Origin: the human T2T-CHM13v2.0 reference genome, Homo sapiens
Direction: 5' to 3' (one strand)
Assembly (NCBI RefSeq): GCF_009914755.1
Contig: NC_060937.1
DNA: 64,000 nt
Of the stretch, positions 12,971-28,162 are shown piece by piece; the stretch's first letter is position 1; every line of letters starts with the position of its first letter. The notes under the pieces were generated by a model, which saw only the letters and a program-made list of their open reading frames with translations, was not told the DNA's origin and ran no database searches. Both the position numbers and the translations under genes were made by a program.

Positions 12971-15267
12971 CTTTGGTGAACAAGGAAGTCAAACAAGACA
13001 AGTAATTTATGTTGTGATCACTATAGGGAAGCAAAGCAAAGACACTAGGAGTCTATGGATGATGTCACAATAGAAACAACATCATCAATATCCATCCAAT
13101 TTGTGCCTTTCGTACTTACATTTTAGCAAGGTTGGGGATGTCTCCCTTCAAGTCTGTCTCCACAACTTTAGGTTAAAACAAATTCTAAGTATGACCGGGA
13201 GAAGGGCAAGGGCATCTACTTCCAAGCATTCTTTAGCTGTTGTTTCAATATGTGATTTGGTCTATCTATATACCTAGATCTATAGATATATAGACACTGG
13301 TGTTGGCATCCAGATATACAGACAAAGTAATGCAAGGGTTGGGTGCAGAGAAGTGAAGTCAGGGAGAAGTGGCTGAACGAGGAAGAGCCAAACATATCAT
13401 TTTCTCTTTTGGTCTTTATCTCAAGGACTCAATCACAGTCCTCTCAAGACATTATCATGTCCAAGTTCCAAATTGGGACAATGAATAGCCGTGCCATGTC
13501 TCCCCTCAATCTCAGGGGGCCATTTTTCCTCCTTGGCTCCTTTTTCCTCCCCCTGTTGCACTGACTGCAGCCAGCCCTCCAGCCCTCTGGCAGGGAACAG
13601 GAACCATAGCCTCTACCTCAAGACAGACCAAAGCTCACCCAACCAGTGGCACTGGCATGCAGGTCTTATTTCAACCACCATATGGCACCCTCCATAGCTC
13701 CTCATGATCACATTCCATTATCACTTTCACAAGGCTCCCCGCCCTCTGGCTCCCAGACCACTTGAAGTTCTAACTCTATCATCTTGACTTAATTTAGTAC
13801 TTCTGCTGCTTTCAGGCCTGGTGCTACTGGACTGGTAAATGTTGAGGGGTTATGAACAAAACTACATAGACAAAGGCATGGGCTCTTAGTAGTGGGTATT
13901 ATGGGTGGAGCCAACTAACTGTAGACTTAATCTTGCTTAAACAGTTATTGATCCAGTAAGCATGAGATTAAGGAAATTAAAGCACTAAATTAATCATATG
14001 ATTAAACCTGAACTTCTAAATTTTTAGTTAAGAAGGCTCAGTTAAAATTAGCTTCTCAAGGATTCTAACACCCCATCAACATAAATCTTTCATAAGTGAT
14101 TCCCAAGGCTCTATTATAAAAAAGGACATCAAAGCTCTTCCAAATCTTCTGGTGTCCAAAGAATGTCAAAGAGCAATAGAGTAATCCCCACAGAAGAACA
14201 ACACTTGGTGCCATAATTTTTAAATTAGCACACAAAATAAATGTATGATGGAGCAGAAGGAAAAAAGCAGATTCCATTCACTTACAATATCGTGAATACT
14301 TTTCTATGCTGATGAACAACTACTTCTCAATCTATGGCTGATTTTCACAGAGGGCTTTTATCTTTTTGCTATTAATATTTTTACTATTTTCCACTTCAGG
14401 AGAATCCCAACCCCAAATCTCCTTATTTAGCAAAACCTGTCATCATGTCACATGATGAATTTATTTGACTCAATTTTAACAGGAGGATTTGCCTTCAATT
14501 TGTCTCATACTCTCCTTGGGCACATGTGGCTTCCCTCCTCGACCTCAACTGGAAGAACTAAACTCCAGACTAAACACCTGGGGCTGCTCTAAGTGCTGGC
14601 CATCAGCTGACCACTGATCCTTAGTGCTCTGGTTGGCTGTCCTGCAGCACAGCTGGCAGAGGAGAGAACCTGTTCCAGTGGATCACCGGGGCTTTCTGCA
14701 TGTTTTGTCTGTACACAGGCTGGGATCATTGGGAATTTCAGCTGCCTTCTGTAGGGGCAACACAGAACAGTCAGCCCCAAATCTAGGCTGGCAGGGGTGG
14801 TGATCAAGAGGTTATTAAAGAGTAATGGGCTTCGTTGCTTATAATAACATAGCTCTTTGGCATCATTTAGAAGAGGAAGAACTATGATGTCCTGACACCA
14901 GTCCTAAGGGGAAAGGACAATATGGGTTGAGACTGAGTGTTTGGTTGGTAATAGTGAAAATTCTGACATCAATCAGAGAAGGCTGTTAATAAAAATGAAA
15001 CACTAAAGAAAAGTATATCTGTTCATAAAAACGTGTAAGGGGCCAGAGAGAATGAAGGTAAGGAAGACTAGTAATGCACCTGGAGGAGTACAGAAAAGAA
15101 AGAACTAAGAAGAAGGACCCAATGGCCCAATAGTGCACAGGTTTAGGGGTAAAAGGAGATCCCCTAATATCTACTCAAGCCATGTGCTATTAGATATTTC
15201 CTGTTTGTGGCTAAGTGCCTCGGTTACTTAGAACATGTTATTACCATATCCCAAGGCATAAGTTCAG

Positions 15268-16010
15268 TTCATTCATTCATTCAACAAACATCTGGATTCC
15301 TGTTAGCTACCAGGAACTTGATTAATTGCTAGAAATATATGATCAAGGCCCAGTCTTGTCTTTGATGCAATCATAGTCTCGGAAGAGAAAGAAAGACAAG
15401 CAGATAATTATCCTGTGCAAGAGAGGTGCAGATGACAGCTTTGAAGACACAGAGAAGAGAAGAGAGTAGCTAAGTAGATAGGTGGCATTAGAAAACATTC
15501 CACAAATAGGGCAACATTTCTGCCAAGTCTTAAATAGTGAAGCAATGCCTGCTTGGCAGAGAAGGCAGGAGTGGCCTGTTCAAAGGCTGGTATAGAGTTG
15601 TGGGAGGATGAGTGAAAGTAGCTGTGGGGCTGGGGCTGGGGCTAGTGTTAGGTATGAATCAAGAGAGACCATGTATGCTAACTCTGATTGGGAACTTTAT
15701 ATTGTAGGATTGGCTTGGGAGAAATTACAAAGGAATGAATTAAGGCAGAGGCTCTGGCATGGAGTGTGGCACAGGCAGTCATTTGACAGGGAGACTTGAT
15801 AGGAGGAGGCAGCTGACTTGCTACATGGGAGGAGGAAGAGGGGTGCGAGGTACCACGATGACTGGAGCTGGTAAGTACATCCCAAACTATGAGAACAAGC
15901 ATCGGTGGAGGGCTGAGAAAGAAGATAAGGAATTTACTTTTGGACGTATTGAGTTTGAGATGCCTGAAGACCATCCAAATGGAGCTGAAATATGGATTAG
16001 GGGTTCAGAA
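15268..16010 (-). mobile_element. L2 3' fragment (degraded)
   Basis: ttcattcattcattcaacaaaca tail and ttttggacgtattgagtttgagatgcct motif typical of L2. Boundaries approximate. Confidence 0.6.
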
Positions 16011-18607
16011 AGAAGTCAGAATTCAAAGAGATATGGCCAACATTTTCTGGGCCATTCTCCATTTCTTGTATTCTTTTTCAATAGGGTAATTAATTAGATG
16101 TAAAACTAAGTGGGATTTAATTTTATACTTATGAACTTATACACTTTTTTTCCCTATACCAATCAAAAAGCAAAACAAAAACAAAACAAAATAAAATCCC
16201 ACAAAACCCCAATAACTGTGTAACTCAGGTTTGGAAACCACTCTCACAGTATTCACACGGCCCAGTTTTACCTCTCTCATTGCTGCACACACTGTCCCTG
16301 AACCAGCCATTTGTCTTGCAAATGAAAGTTCCTGGGCACACACGAAAAAGGACTCTGGAGGAGTGCTTTCATCAGCATTAATTCATCATCATTAGGGAAA
16401 AAGCACCTCTAAGAGTATGCCCTAATGAATGTCATTCAAAGACAGCATACTTTTAAGCTCATAAATCAGGATGACTACTGGTATTGATGTAAATACACTA
16501 TTCATTGCTTATAGCAGGAAACACCAGAGAGGAAGTCCATGAATTAGATGACCACTGACTACCTCTCTGGTATAATTCATACTACTTACTCTATCTATAT
16601 ACAATAAAACCTGTTAAGAAGTTACTATCAGAACAGGCTCTTCAAAACTTTGCTTCTCAGAGAAAGATATAACCAGCAAACAAGATGGCATTGGCATTTG
16701 TTCAAAGCAAGTAGCTTATAGAAGTTGTGCTGCAGGCAGAACAAATTGAGACCTACTCCCTACCCAATGCCTTCACCACCTCAGTGGTCCACAGAGTGGT
16801 GGCCAGAGGCCCCACACAATCCTGTATCAGATAAAAAGCATAGATTCTGTTTGATTGCCACTTACTTATTCAAGAAAGTATACTCAAAAGTTTTGCAGGT
16901 AAAGGGAATTTTTTTTCTTTGAGGGATAACATTTTCCCAAATCTTCTATTAGCAACTGAAAGAGCTCTCCATCAGAAAATTTAAATTTACCCCTCACACT
17001 TTGCAAATCTTTCCCCCCCAATTCTGTGTTTTAATTGTTTGCCTAAATTAGGTTATTTGAGGATCATAAGAAAATTAAAAATGATAAATTCTTCAGAAGT
17101 ATGCCTGAATGCCAGTTTTAGATATCACAGTAGAGCCCCTAGTATACCCAGCAGCTGTAAATGACCTTAAGGGCAGGATAAACAGAGCCTTGATGAAGTT
17201 GCTAATCACTCCACAGAGCTGCAAACCCTCACTAGTGGTTATTCATTAGCTTACACATATGTATGTGTGGAGATACATACACGCACCTAGCATACACACA
17301 TTACACACATATATGTATATATTCTTCCAATTTTAAACAAACCCATAAGACTAATTTAACAACTTTTTTTGCACTTTTCCCCACCCCAAAATGTTTGGAC
17401 ATTTGCTGAGTTTAGAGCACACTTCTTACTGATAGAGAACTTTACAGACTATCATGAGAAGCGCTGGTCTTCAGCCTTCTCTGGGAGGGAAAGCTCAGAA
17501 CAGAATATCCATTTATCCAGGAACAGACCACACTGAAGCAAGCTCCCTGGGAAAAAGCAGCCACTGGGTGCAAAAGCTCAGATTTCTGGGCTGCACAAGA
17601 CTCCTGAATTTCAAGCTCTGGGCAGGAATGCATGGGAGATGAAAGAGAAAGGTTAGAGTCCTCTAGAGAACACGAACACAGCCCTTTTCCCTTCATGTCT
17701 TGCCGACTGCCTTCTTTCTCACAGGCCCTGCACCTCTTGTATTCCTTGTTCCAGCTAAATAGCGGTGAAAGAGCCTTAATCCAGTTAGTGTCCCAAATAT
17801 CTGGAGAAACTGATTTAGTCCTTAAAGGCAGTAGGCTTGCCTAAATAAAGCACCTCAAACAAATCTTCCAAGCTTAGTTTTTGTTTTTTAATGCTATCTG
17901 GGCTCATGTTAGAGCCTCAACTCTGCAGGGTACACAGGACATTTTTCTTTTTTTAAGGGATAACATTTTCCCAAATCCTCTATGAATAGCCCATGAGAGA
18001 TTTTCAAAGGGATATGACACAAATGAAATAGGTGACCTCTCCCACCCCAGCTTGTTTTTGTTGTTTTAAAATACTAATAGCTAGGGGAGAAGGGACAGAA
18101 GAAAAGTGTAAGGCTTTAGATGTAGTGCTGGAATTGGTGAGCCTTGGCTTTAGACTGAAGAATTATAATGGAGGGAATGCAGTAAGCGATTCCAGCTCTC
18201 AGGATACCCAGAGGAGCAAGACAAGGTCCAAGGGAGAAGCGGTATGTGTCGGACAGCACATAAGAGGAAGCTGCTGCTATAAAAGAGATTCCCAGACAGA
18301 CTCCTGCACATTCACTCGGGTTCTGGGTCCTGAGCATGAAGGAGCTGGCAGTCAGCCTGGCAGAAAGCCCAGGAAACAGAGAATGAATACGGTCAAACCC
18401 ATACTTTAAGGAGGGATGGACCGGAATTTCAAATAGAGGAAGAAAAGGGCATTCTGGGGTTTTGTCTTGAGATATGTTAAAAAAAGCCTCACATGACATT
18501 GTGAGTCCATTACAGCCCACTTAAAACTGAGGCCAAGACACCAACAGCAGACATCATATTACTGAACTTCCTGGCTAGATGAGGCCAGATATTTGTTGCT
18601 TTTAGGG

Positions 18608-18935
18608 CAGCATCCCCAACGTTTTTGGCACCAGGAAATGGTTCTGTGGAAGACAGTTTTTCCATGGACAGGGGGTTGGGGATGGTTTGGGGATGAAACT
18701 GTTCCATCTCAGATCATCATTAGTTAGATTCTCATAGGGAGCATGCAACCTAGATCCCTTGCATGCACAGTTCACAATAGGGTTCACGCTCCTGTAAGAA
18801 TCTAATGCCGCTGCTGATCTAACAGGAGGCAGAGCTCAGGTGGCAATGCTCACTCACCTGGTGCTCACTTCCTGCTGTGCGGCCCAGTTCCTAACAGGCC
18901 ATGGACAGTACTGGCCCAGGGGCTGGGGACCTCTG
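18608..18935 (-). mobile_element. MER1B hAT-Charlie MITE with perfect 8-bp TSD
   Basis: TIRs CAGCATCCCCAAC / GCTGGGGACCTCTG; TSD TTTTAGGG at 18600-18607 and 18936-18943; internal gattctcataggga and gttcacaatagggttc. Confidence 0.92.
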
Positions 18936-20074
18936 TTTTAGGGAATGGAATTTGAATAGAATAAAGAGAAGCCTACTGATCACAGTATATAAAAAAACAG
19001 GATGTTTTAAGCAAATTTCAAGCAAGCAAGAAATGATCAAATTGTTCAAATAAAACAGAAAGATATTAGGTATATAGTGACTTTTAAAGATTTGCATCAC
19101 TCCAAGTATACTCCAGGGAATTGTAGAGCCCTTTATTAATGCATATATTTAAAAATTTTGGAAAGTAAAGCAATACATGAGATTATAAATCTAATAGTTC
19201 CTCAAAATATATAGCATTTATTAAGCTTTTTAAATCCAATAAATCTCCTGCCTAGATTACCCCTACTGACTAAATGAAAGTAATGTATATACAGAAGAAA
19301 AAAGGGACGATATAAAAAAAAAAGTCTACCTTCCCATCTTGACAACTCTACCAAGTTCTCTTTTTAAAGGTAACCAGTAACCACTATTAACAGATCCTAG
19401 CACATCCATCCAGAAAATAAGGTTATGCATATAGTACAAACAGTGTGTATTTTTCTATGAGAAACCTTTTTTACTTACACAAAGGTGCTAATATTATATA
19501 CGCTATTCTGTACCTTGGTTTTTTCACTTAATATATCTTGGAAATCTATTCATATGTATGTTATCAATAAGGCTGCTATAAACATCTTCCAACATATCTT
19601 CTGAAATCCTTACATAAATATCTTTATAAAAAATTCTTAGCAGTAGAAAGGCTAGATAAAAGAGCACCTGAATTTTTAATTTTGAAAGGTACTGGCAAGT
19701 TGCACTCTATGTCCCTGAAGTGTTTTTCAGTTTGTTTCTCTTACCCTTTGCCAACAGTGCATAATCAAATTTAGCTTTTGCCATTCCTGATAGATGACAG
19801 AAGGCATGAATTACATGGTAACCAATTGTCTGCACCAGTGATATGTATGTTTGCAGTTTCCATTACAAATAACAGAAACAAGTCCAGACTCATTGAGCCT
19901 GCCCTGTATTCAGTTGTTGGCTCGATGCTAAGTCATCACATAGCAGCAGGAGGAGAGACCTGGTTTCTGGGGATCTTTTCTTCTTTGTGACCCTCGAAAC
20001 GGCAACCCTGATCTCCTCTGAGTCTCTACTAACTCCCTTAGTGGTTATGAAAATCATATAATGGTAATAGGAGA

Positions 20075-20367
20075 TTTCTTTCTTTTTGAGACGGAGTCTC
20101 ACTGTCACCCAGCCTGAAGTGCAGCGGCATGATCTCGGCTCACTGCAACCTCAGCCTCTCGGGTTCAAGTGATTCTTCAGCCTCAGCCTTCCGAGTAGCT
20201 GGTATTACAGGTGCGCACCACCACACCCGGCTAATTTTTGTATTTTTAGTAGAGACGGGGTTTCACCCCGTTGGCCAGGCTGGTCTCGAACTCCTGACCT
20301 CAAGTGATTCACCCGCCTCGGCCTCGCAAAGTGCTGGGATTACAGGCATGAGCCACCGTGCCCAGCC
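20075..20367 (-). mobile_element. AluS (Sx/Sz-like) SINE
   Basis: Reverse Alu tttttgagacggagtctc...gagccaccgtgcccagcc containing cctcaagtgattcacccgcc. Confidence 0.93.
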
Positions 20368-20432
20368 CTGTGATAGGCAATTTCTAATTACTTAGCCCTT
20401 ACTGGGCTAGGCACTATGCTTGATGATTTAAA

Positions 20433-20617
20433 ACAGTAGTTATCAAAGTGTGGCCCCTGGACCAGCATCATCAACATCACTTGAGAACTCACTAGAAAGG
20501 CAAACACTCAGACTCCAGACCTACCAAAGGTGAAACTCTAGGGATGGGGCCCAACAGACTCTGCTTTAACAAGCTCTCTGCATGATTCCAAGGCATGCTA
20601 AAGTTTGAGAACCTCTG
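20433..20617. mobile_element. MER5A MITE nested in a MIR (about 20395-20800)
   Basis: cagtagttatcaaagtgtgg...aagtttgagaacctctg; flanks resume MIR sequence (cccatttcattgatgaagaaactgagg). Confidence 0.75.
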
Positions 20618-23600
20618 ATTATCTTACCTAAGTTTTGCAACGACTGTCTGAGGTAGGTGCTAGTATGAATGCCCATTTCATTGATGAAGAAACTGAGGTT
20701 CACTGAGACGAATATTTACTTGTCCAAGGTCATATATTTAGCAGTGGTGAAGTTGGCAATGGAAATTACATCTGTCCAACTTCAAATCATGTATTTATAC
20801 CCATTATATGATGGGCCAAAGTCTTATGAGCTCTGTGGTGTGTAATGTGCTAGACTTTGTACTACACACTGGGGATAAAAAGGGCCAAATATGCAGCTGG
20901 TCCTTGAGCTGCTCAGAGTCCCTGGGGGAGACAACATATATATGATTGAATCGCAAGATGAGAATTGCTTAAGAGAGCTGCAGAGGGTGCCAAGGGAGGC
21001 CAAGAAAGGCTTAAAGGACCCCTTGGCTGAAACTTGCAGCTAAGTTGAATTTTCAATGCAAACAAGCCAAACATTGGAGGTTATGATGGAGCAGGAAGCT
21101 GCATTTACCTCTCTACAAAAGTGTATTGAGGAACATGAGCCACAGTGCAGAAGAATCAAAGTGTCTGGAAAAAAAGTCCCTACTTTTTTTGTGTCTACCA
21201 GGCTGGAACCAATTTCTCTCAGTGTGTGCCCTCAGCCTTCTCATTTTGTCTAAAATCCAGTCTGTCCTACTTTTTTTGAAATAAAAGTCATTGAATAAGC
21301 CTCAGCAGGGGAAACTTACAGAAGTGGGGCCAAGGGAGTGTTTTTATGAATACAACACTGTTTTGGGGGTTGCATGTAGACGGGAAGAGAGAGTTGGGAA
21401 ATCTGTGTTGGTCAAGTCTTAGCTCCATCGCTAACTAGCTGTGTGACCTGAAGAAAGTGTCCATCTGTTTGAATCCCAAGGCAAAGGGGGCTAGGCTAGA
21501 CCATCCTGAATCTCCTTTCTGGCTCTGGGAGCCTTTAGAACAGGGCTTAGCAAACTTTATAAGGAAAGGAACAGATAGCAATTATTTTTGGCTTTGCAGG
21601 TCATACATCTACCTTGCTATAGAAGGTGTCTACACACATAAGTGGTTTCTCTCCTTAAATAGAAATCCTCTCACTTTGTCTGTGGCTACTCTTCCATGAT
21701 TCTCCCCAGGTACAATTTTCTTTGGTTGGAAAACAAACACTAAGTTGTACTTCTCTTTCAGTTACGCAGAGTCAAGAACACATCATCTCTGCTTTAAAGT
21801 AACTTTACTGACACCTTACTTTTCCTCAATTTGAAAGTGTCTTGGCTTTAAAAAATCTTTGTAAAAATTTTTTTTATGCATGGATTTTGTCCAGTGTAGC
21901 TCAGAGACTGTTTCCCAGAGTACCCCAATGCTATCAACACACATTCCCCTCGCCTGATGTGGGGCAGTGGCTAGAGTCCAGTCCTAGACCTGGGCTCATA
22001 TCAAAGTGACAGAGTTTTCATCTTTAGCTCCCAGAAGTTATACCTTTCCTGATTTGCTGAATTTCACTTAATATGCACTCCAATTCTTTATTGTTCCAGA
22101 GTGTAAGACTTGATTTCTATCTTACATTTTGGTATTATTAAAGATTTTTTTAAAAAAACATAATGATTTGACTCAGTGTATATATTTTCCACGAGACTGA
22201 AAGGAAGGATACCAAAAAAAAAAAAAAAGAAAAGAAAAAAAAGACTCATTTCAGTTCTGGCAGGCATAGTGTCCTCCACCATCACCTTTGGCATCCTGTG
22301 AAACAGAACATTCTGTGCTCATCCTTGATGCTGAAGTTTTTATACATATTATTTTCTCTGGATATTTATTCCCTGAGACCAAAGAGGTATTTTTTTAAAT
22401 GGAAATAATGTTTCCAGCACTTAATGCATTGGCAAATACAGCCATCAGTACAATTTTGAGGAGAAATAGAAAACCTGTCACATTGCTAAAGCAGTTATGG
22501 GGAATTTTTTCCCATGGATGAACTACAGCAATGACTGCTACAGACATGGGCAAACATTTTAACACTTCATAAAATTCCTTTTTGACAGCAGGGGACATAG
22601 AAGCCAAATTTCCCTTGGTGGAAATAAAAAATGTTTGGCTGAGATGTTCCTAAGAAGTAAATGATTTCAGAAAGAGCTTTTCAGGCAGAAGAAATGTGGA
22701 CGAGGACACCAATCTGCCTAAAAGGGGGATCACAGTACACAGAGATCAGAAACCCCTCACATTTCACTCTAGCACTTAGCACACAACTTGACACTTGATA
22801 AATATTTGTGGAATGAATTTAATCATTCAGACACTTGAGGCTTTTACAATTTTACCCAAGAAGATAGATGAGGGCGTGACAGTGGAGAACTGTCAGTGCC
22901 CTGCGCAGCTGTCTTTGACAATAATTCTGACCAATCTTCAGCACCTGCAGAATGCAATGCACATAACCTCAGGGTTGAAATGTGGCTTAAAATTCACAGT
23001 GTAGCCCAGGAGGAGTAACCTTCACAGCAAGGTATAGGCAGAACATTTGCACAGAGTAATATCTGATTGCCTGTTCTATGATCACTTTAGGAGCTTTGAA
23101 CCTCATGGTTGGGTCCTGGAAGATACCTGTATTTAGATATCCAGAGACGATAAAGGATCCACATGGTTGACATAAGAACTGTGGAATCTTAAGGGTGGAA
23201 AGGAACTTTAAGGGATTACTGGTTAAACCCTTTTATTACAGAGATGAGAAAAAGGAGACTGAAGTTGCTTAAAAGACTTTCCCAAAGTCACAAGGCTAAT
23301 TAGTGGTCAAACTTGGATTAGAACCAGATCTCTCTGCCTTGTCAAAAGTCTTTCCACCATTTGCAGCTTTTAAGACCTAAGATGAGGCTGATGCCATTAC
23401 CTATCACAAATGTATAAAGTTGCATGACAGTTCTAACCTTTCCAATCTCCAGGTTGAAATGATATTGATAACGGTACTCTAATACTCCTACTGTAAAATT
23501 CTCAACTAAAGTATATGCCGTATGCTCCACTTTAAAGAGAATGGCATATTAGAGCTAAGATCATTGAGATCACGGTTTACTAAAAAACACTTAGGCTGTG

Positions 23601-25012
23601 TTCTGCAATATTAGGTTCTAGCCCAATTTTCAGCACCACGTTCCTTTCCACCTGTGATTGGTCAACAACCAATATTTTTTTTCTTAGGTCTTCTATGTGC
23701 TTACAAGAATTATGCCAGGTCCAGAAGTGGCACAGTGAGGTAGAAAAGAGAACAGTAAGTGGCTCATGTCTCTATTTAGCCTAAAATCTTGCTAGAGGGA
23801 AAATCAAGCAAACAAACCAATAAACTTGATGCACATAAAATAATTAGAAAATAAGTAAGTCCTCAAGTAGATAGTATTAACAAGCGCTGCAGAAGGTAGG
23901 TGAAAGGGAGATGATTATGGGTTATAATGGATAAACAAGGTTTCATGGAGGAAATGTGATAGAAGTGGACTTCAATTTTGGCACTTGGAGGAGGGGAAAT
24001 AGTTCAGGCAAAGGAAACAGCACAAGCAAATGTGTGGAGGTAGGAAAGAGGGTAGTGCCAGAAGCAAATACTTCATTTTTTAGCCAGATAGCAGCATTTA
24101 TACTCAGTGTGATGACAGCACACCTCTTCAACTCTACCTATAAGCTGTACCTTTACATTTATAATATTCTTAATTTTCATTTTACACACACACACATACA
24201 CACACACACACTTAGAAAGCAAACTGTACAAGGAGCCAAGAGTCTTGGTTCTAAACTGCCCATAAACTACTAAATGACCAAAGCCTCTCACGTCTGCTCT
24301 CTGAGACTCAGTTTCCTCCTCTGTAAAATGACAGGGTTTGGCCCAACCCTTTAAGATCCCTCTTAGCTCTAACATTCTATAATTTCTGCTTTTTATCCAT
24401 GCTCATTATATGTATGGCACATATTCTTAAATTAATGTTAATCAACCCTTCTGCACTGCTGCTGGCTTTCCCATTTGCCTTTTCTCCAGTTTGTTCCCTT
24501 CTCTCTTACCAGGAAGCATGTTGGGAAAGTAGCAAAATGGGGATATCATGGAGTGTTTAAATTTTTATTAGATATGTGTGTGTTGTAATTGTTAAAAGGC
24601 ATGCAAAACTTATCATCTTGGCATGCATATTAATAACTGAATGTGGTAGTCCATGCTTCCTGAACTTTATAAACAGCTCCTGTACGAGCTTTGAAATGAC
24701 AAGCTTTGTTCATAACTGAGAAACTGAAAGTGGGCAGGCCTATGGGGAGTTTCTGTGAAGTATGCATTTTTAAAAAGCAAAGATAAAAACTCCAACGTCT
24801 CCGAGTTGGAAAACCTGGGGAAGTTTCTGGCAAATGGACGGGTTAAGAAATGACATAAAGATGAGACTAGGATGCTATCGGGATAAGGTGACATGACAAA
24901 GATGATTTACCTGTTCCGAATTTTTTTTTCTCTTTCTTCTATATCTAGGAAATGAGGTCTATCCAGCTGGCCCAGAAGGGAGGAGAAAGCCCCAGGTGCC
25001 ACAGCAGGATAG

Positions 25013-25430
<418 letters not shown>

Positions 25431-27461
25431 TCGGGTTGGGTTTAATTACAGCCCCCTGACACTTTAAGCTAAGACTTTGCTAAAAACAATGACTGTTTGA
25501 TATTTAATAGCTGGTCCTGGGGTGAAGACCAGAGATATAAAAAAGGTTAGAACTTTCATAAATACGGGCAGAACTAAACACCAACAAAGCTAGAGGGTAA
25601 CTGATGGACTTTGATGGAGACCTTTGAATAAATCACAACTTTTTCTTTATGTTATTATGAATGACTTGTGACGTTTTTCAAACAACTTTTGTTAAGCACT
25701 GAACTTCAGGAACGGTGGCTGGAGAGCAATCTAGGCCAAACATTTGAGCCTATGGATCCTTTCCAAATGAAAGCAAGAACAAGTACACAAGCACAGAAAG
25801 GAGATAGGTGCATCTAATCCAGCTCATGGATCACATCTGAAGTTTCCCTTGTCCTATTCAACCAATTGGTTATTTCCAGCCAAATCCATAAGGGGACCCA
25901 CATGCTTTTACCATGCTTTGAATTCTGCAATGTACCTGATCTTCCCTAGAAGCTGCGGAGTGAGCCCTCCGTGTTTGGCTTGTTTGCGGCCTGCTCCACT
26001 AGTTAGCCAGTTTGCCAATACACCTGCTTCCAAACCACCTCACAACAATTTCCCAACATGCTTGGCTGTTTAGTGGACAGGCTACCATGGAATGCCATGA
26101 AGGACGGCATTGACACTGGGGAGATCTTTCGGCACTGACACTAAGGAGATCCTTTATGTGGAGAGGGAGCAGTTGGGGCTGCTATGGAATAACCAGGAGA
26201 TTTCCAGCCACCTGGGAGAAGGAAAGCTGAGGTGCAATTCCTGAATACTCATGCTTAACAATTCTAATCTCATTCTAAGGGAAGAAGCCAAAATGTGATT
26301 CCTGTGGTATTTGCCAGGAATATTAATGCAGACAAATGGGGTGTGACTGGTTCTGCTTTTGGAAAATGCAGCAAGTGTGTCAGTCACTGAGGACTTTAGC
26401 AGTTATTGTTTTACAAGCATCCCCAAAGTCCTGACATCAAACACATCTTACCACACTGAACAGAGCTGTGGAAAGCAAGAAGTACAGTTGAGACACAAAC
26501 ATAGCTCCACTAGAGAGAGGGAAATTCGGGACAGGAAAGGAGAGGCATTTGGATTAAAGGATGAGGAGATGTGTATGTACCTACCATGTTAGTCAGGTTA
26601 CTGCTAATAGTTTCACAGACTGGGTTCCTTTTTGCAGCCCTTTTTGTAAAAGCACATAGAAGAGAATGGAAAGTTCTGAGGTTGCTCAATGAGATATGCA
26701 ATCTTCTGGTTCTGCCTCACAGGCTTAATTCTAGCCCAGGCTCACATTTAAGGTATCCCCCATCTTCGAGTCATCCTGAAAGATCTTGGCTGTCAAAGAC
26801 TCACAGGAAGGCTCCTCAGAGTCTCCATTGCTGGGATGTGTACACCGTGGCCAGCACTGTAGGATTTTCACAATCTCGGTTGATATCTGCCAACTGCTGA
26901 AATACTTCTCAGAATCAAATTACAGGGCTAAGGGGGACTCCCAAATAGTAACAGGCAGATGGTAAATACAGAGGTTGTTGGATGGTTACAATTGGGGATA
27001 CTACAACGTAAATTTCTGATGATTCTTTCACCCCAACTCTCCTAATATTTCCTAGCCTCTGACCAAGAATTTGGTAAAGTGTGGCAATTTCCAATAAAAA
27101 GTACAGCTATTGAGCTTTTTCTCTGATTTGCTTCATTATGCATGCAAGTTGAAACCTTGTTTCCTGCAGATGATGCTAATATCAATGCCAAACTACTCAA
27201 CGAGGTCACCAGAAATTTCTGAACTCACTGTTTCAGGGTTCCCTCCTGCCTGTCTTCTGATCTACTCATTCATTCACTCACTCATCCACCAAATATTTCT
27301 TGCATATTTCTATGTTATAAGGCTTGATATATATTGATGACTTGATATATATTGATGTCTCTTCCTTTGTGATGCCTGCTATAATAACTAAAAGCAGACA
27401 TATCATGAAATCACTACTCATTTGGATAAGTGTTACAAAGGACCTTCATAAAGATTCAGTG

Positions 27462-27752
27462 GGCTGGGCACAGTGGCTTACACCTGTAATCCCAGCACTT
27501 TGGGAGGCCGAGGCGGGCAGATCACGAGGTCAGGAGATCGAGACCATCCTGGCTAACATGGTGAAACCCTGTCTCTACTAAAAATACAAAAAATCAGATG
27601 GGCGTGGTGGCGGGCGCCTGTAGTCCCAGCTACTCGGGAGGCTGAGGCAGGAGAATCATTTGAACCCGGAGGCAGAGGTTGCAGTGAGCCGAGATTGCAC
27701 CACTGTACTCCAGCCTGGGTGACAGAGTGAGACTCCATCTCAAAAAAAAAAA
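27462..27752 (+). mobile_element. Alu (AluSc/Y-like) inserted in degraded L2
   Basis: ggctgggcacagtggc...gactccatctc(A)n; degenerate TSD aagattcagtg / gagatgcagtg. Confidence 0.93.
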
Positions 27753-28162
27753 AGAGAGAGATGCAGTGATGGCAAATCTACTAGAAGAGGGTGGACCAGA
27801 AAAACCTCTCTGAAGAGGTGGCTCTTGATCCAAGACCTATAGGATAAGAAGAAGTCAAGCACACAGAGTATGGGAAAGGGCACCCCAGGCAGAAGGAACA
27901 GAACGTATAAAGCCGAGTGGTGGAAGGTGGTTTTGATGGGCTCAGGGGGAAAGGGGCCAGTGGAAATGATGCATGGTGAGTCTGAGGATAACTGAAGCTA
28001 AAGAAGTGAGCACAGAGAGCTCTGTCAGCTAGGGACAGTGAATATTCTCTAAATGCAATGGGGAGATACTCAAACGGTTTACTGGGGAAGACATGACCTG
28101 ATTTGTATCAGATGGAATGTGAAAATAAATCAAACTAGAGTAGAAGTAGAAAGGGAAGCACT

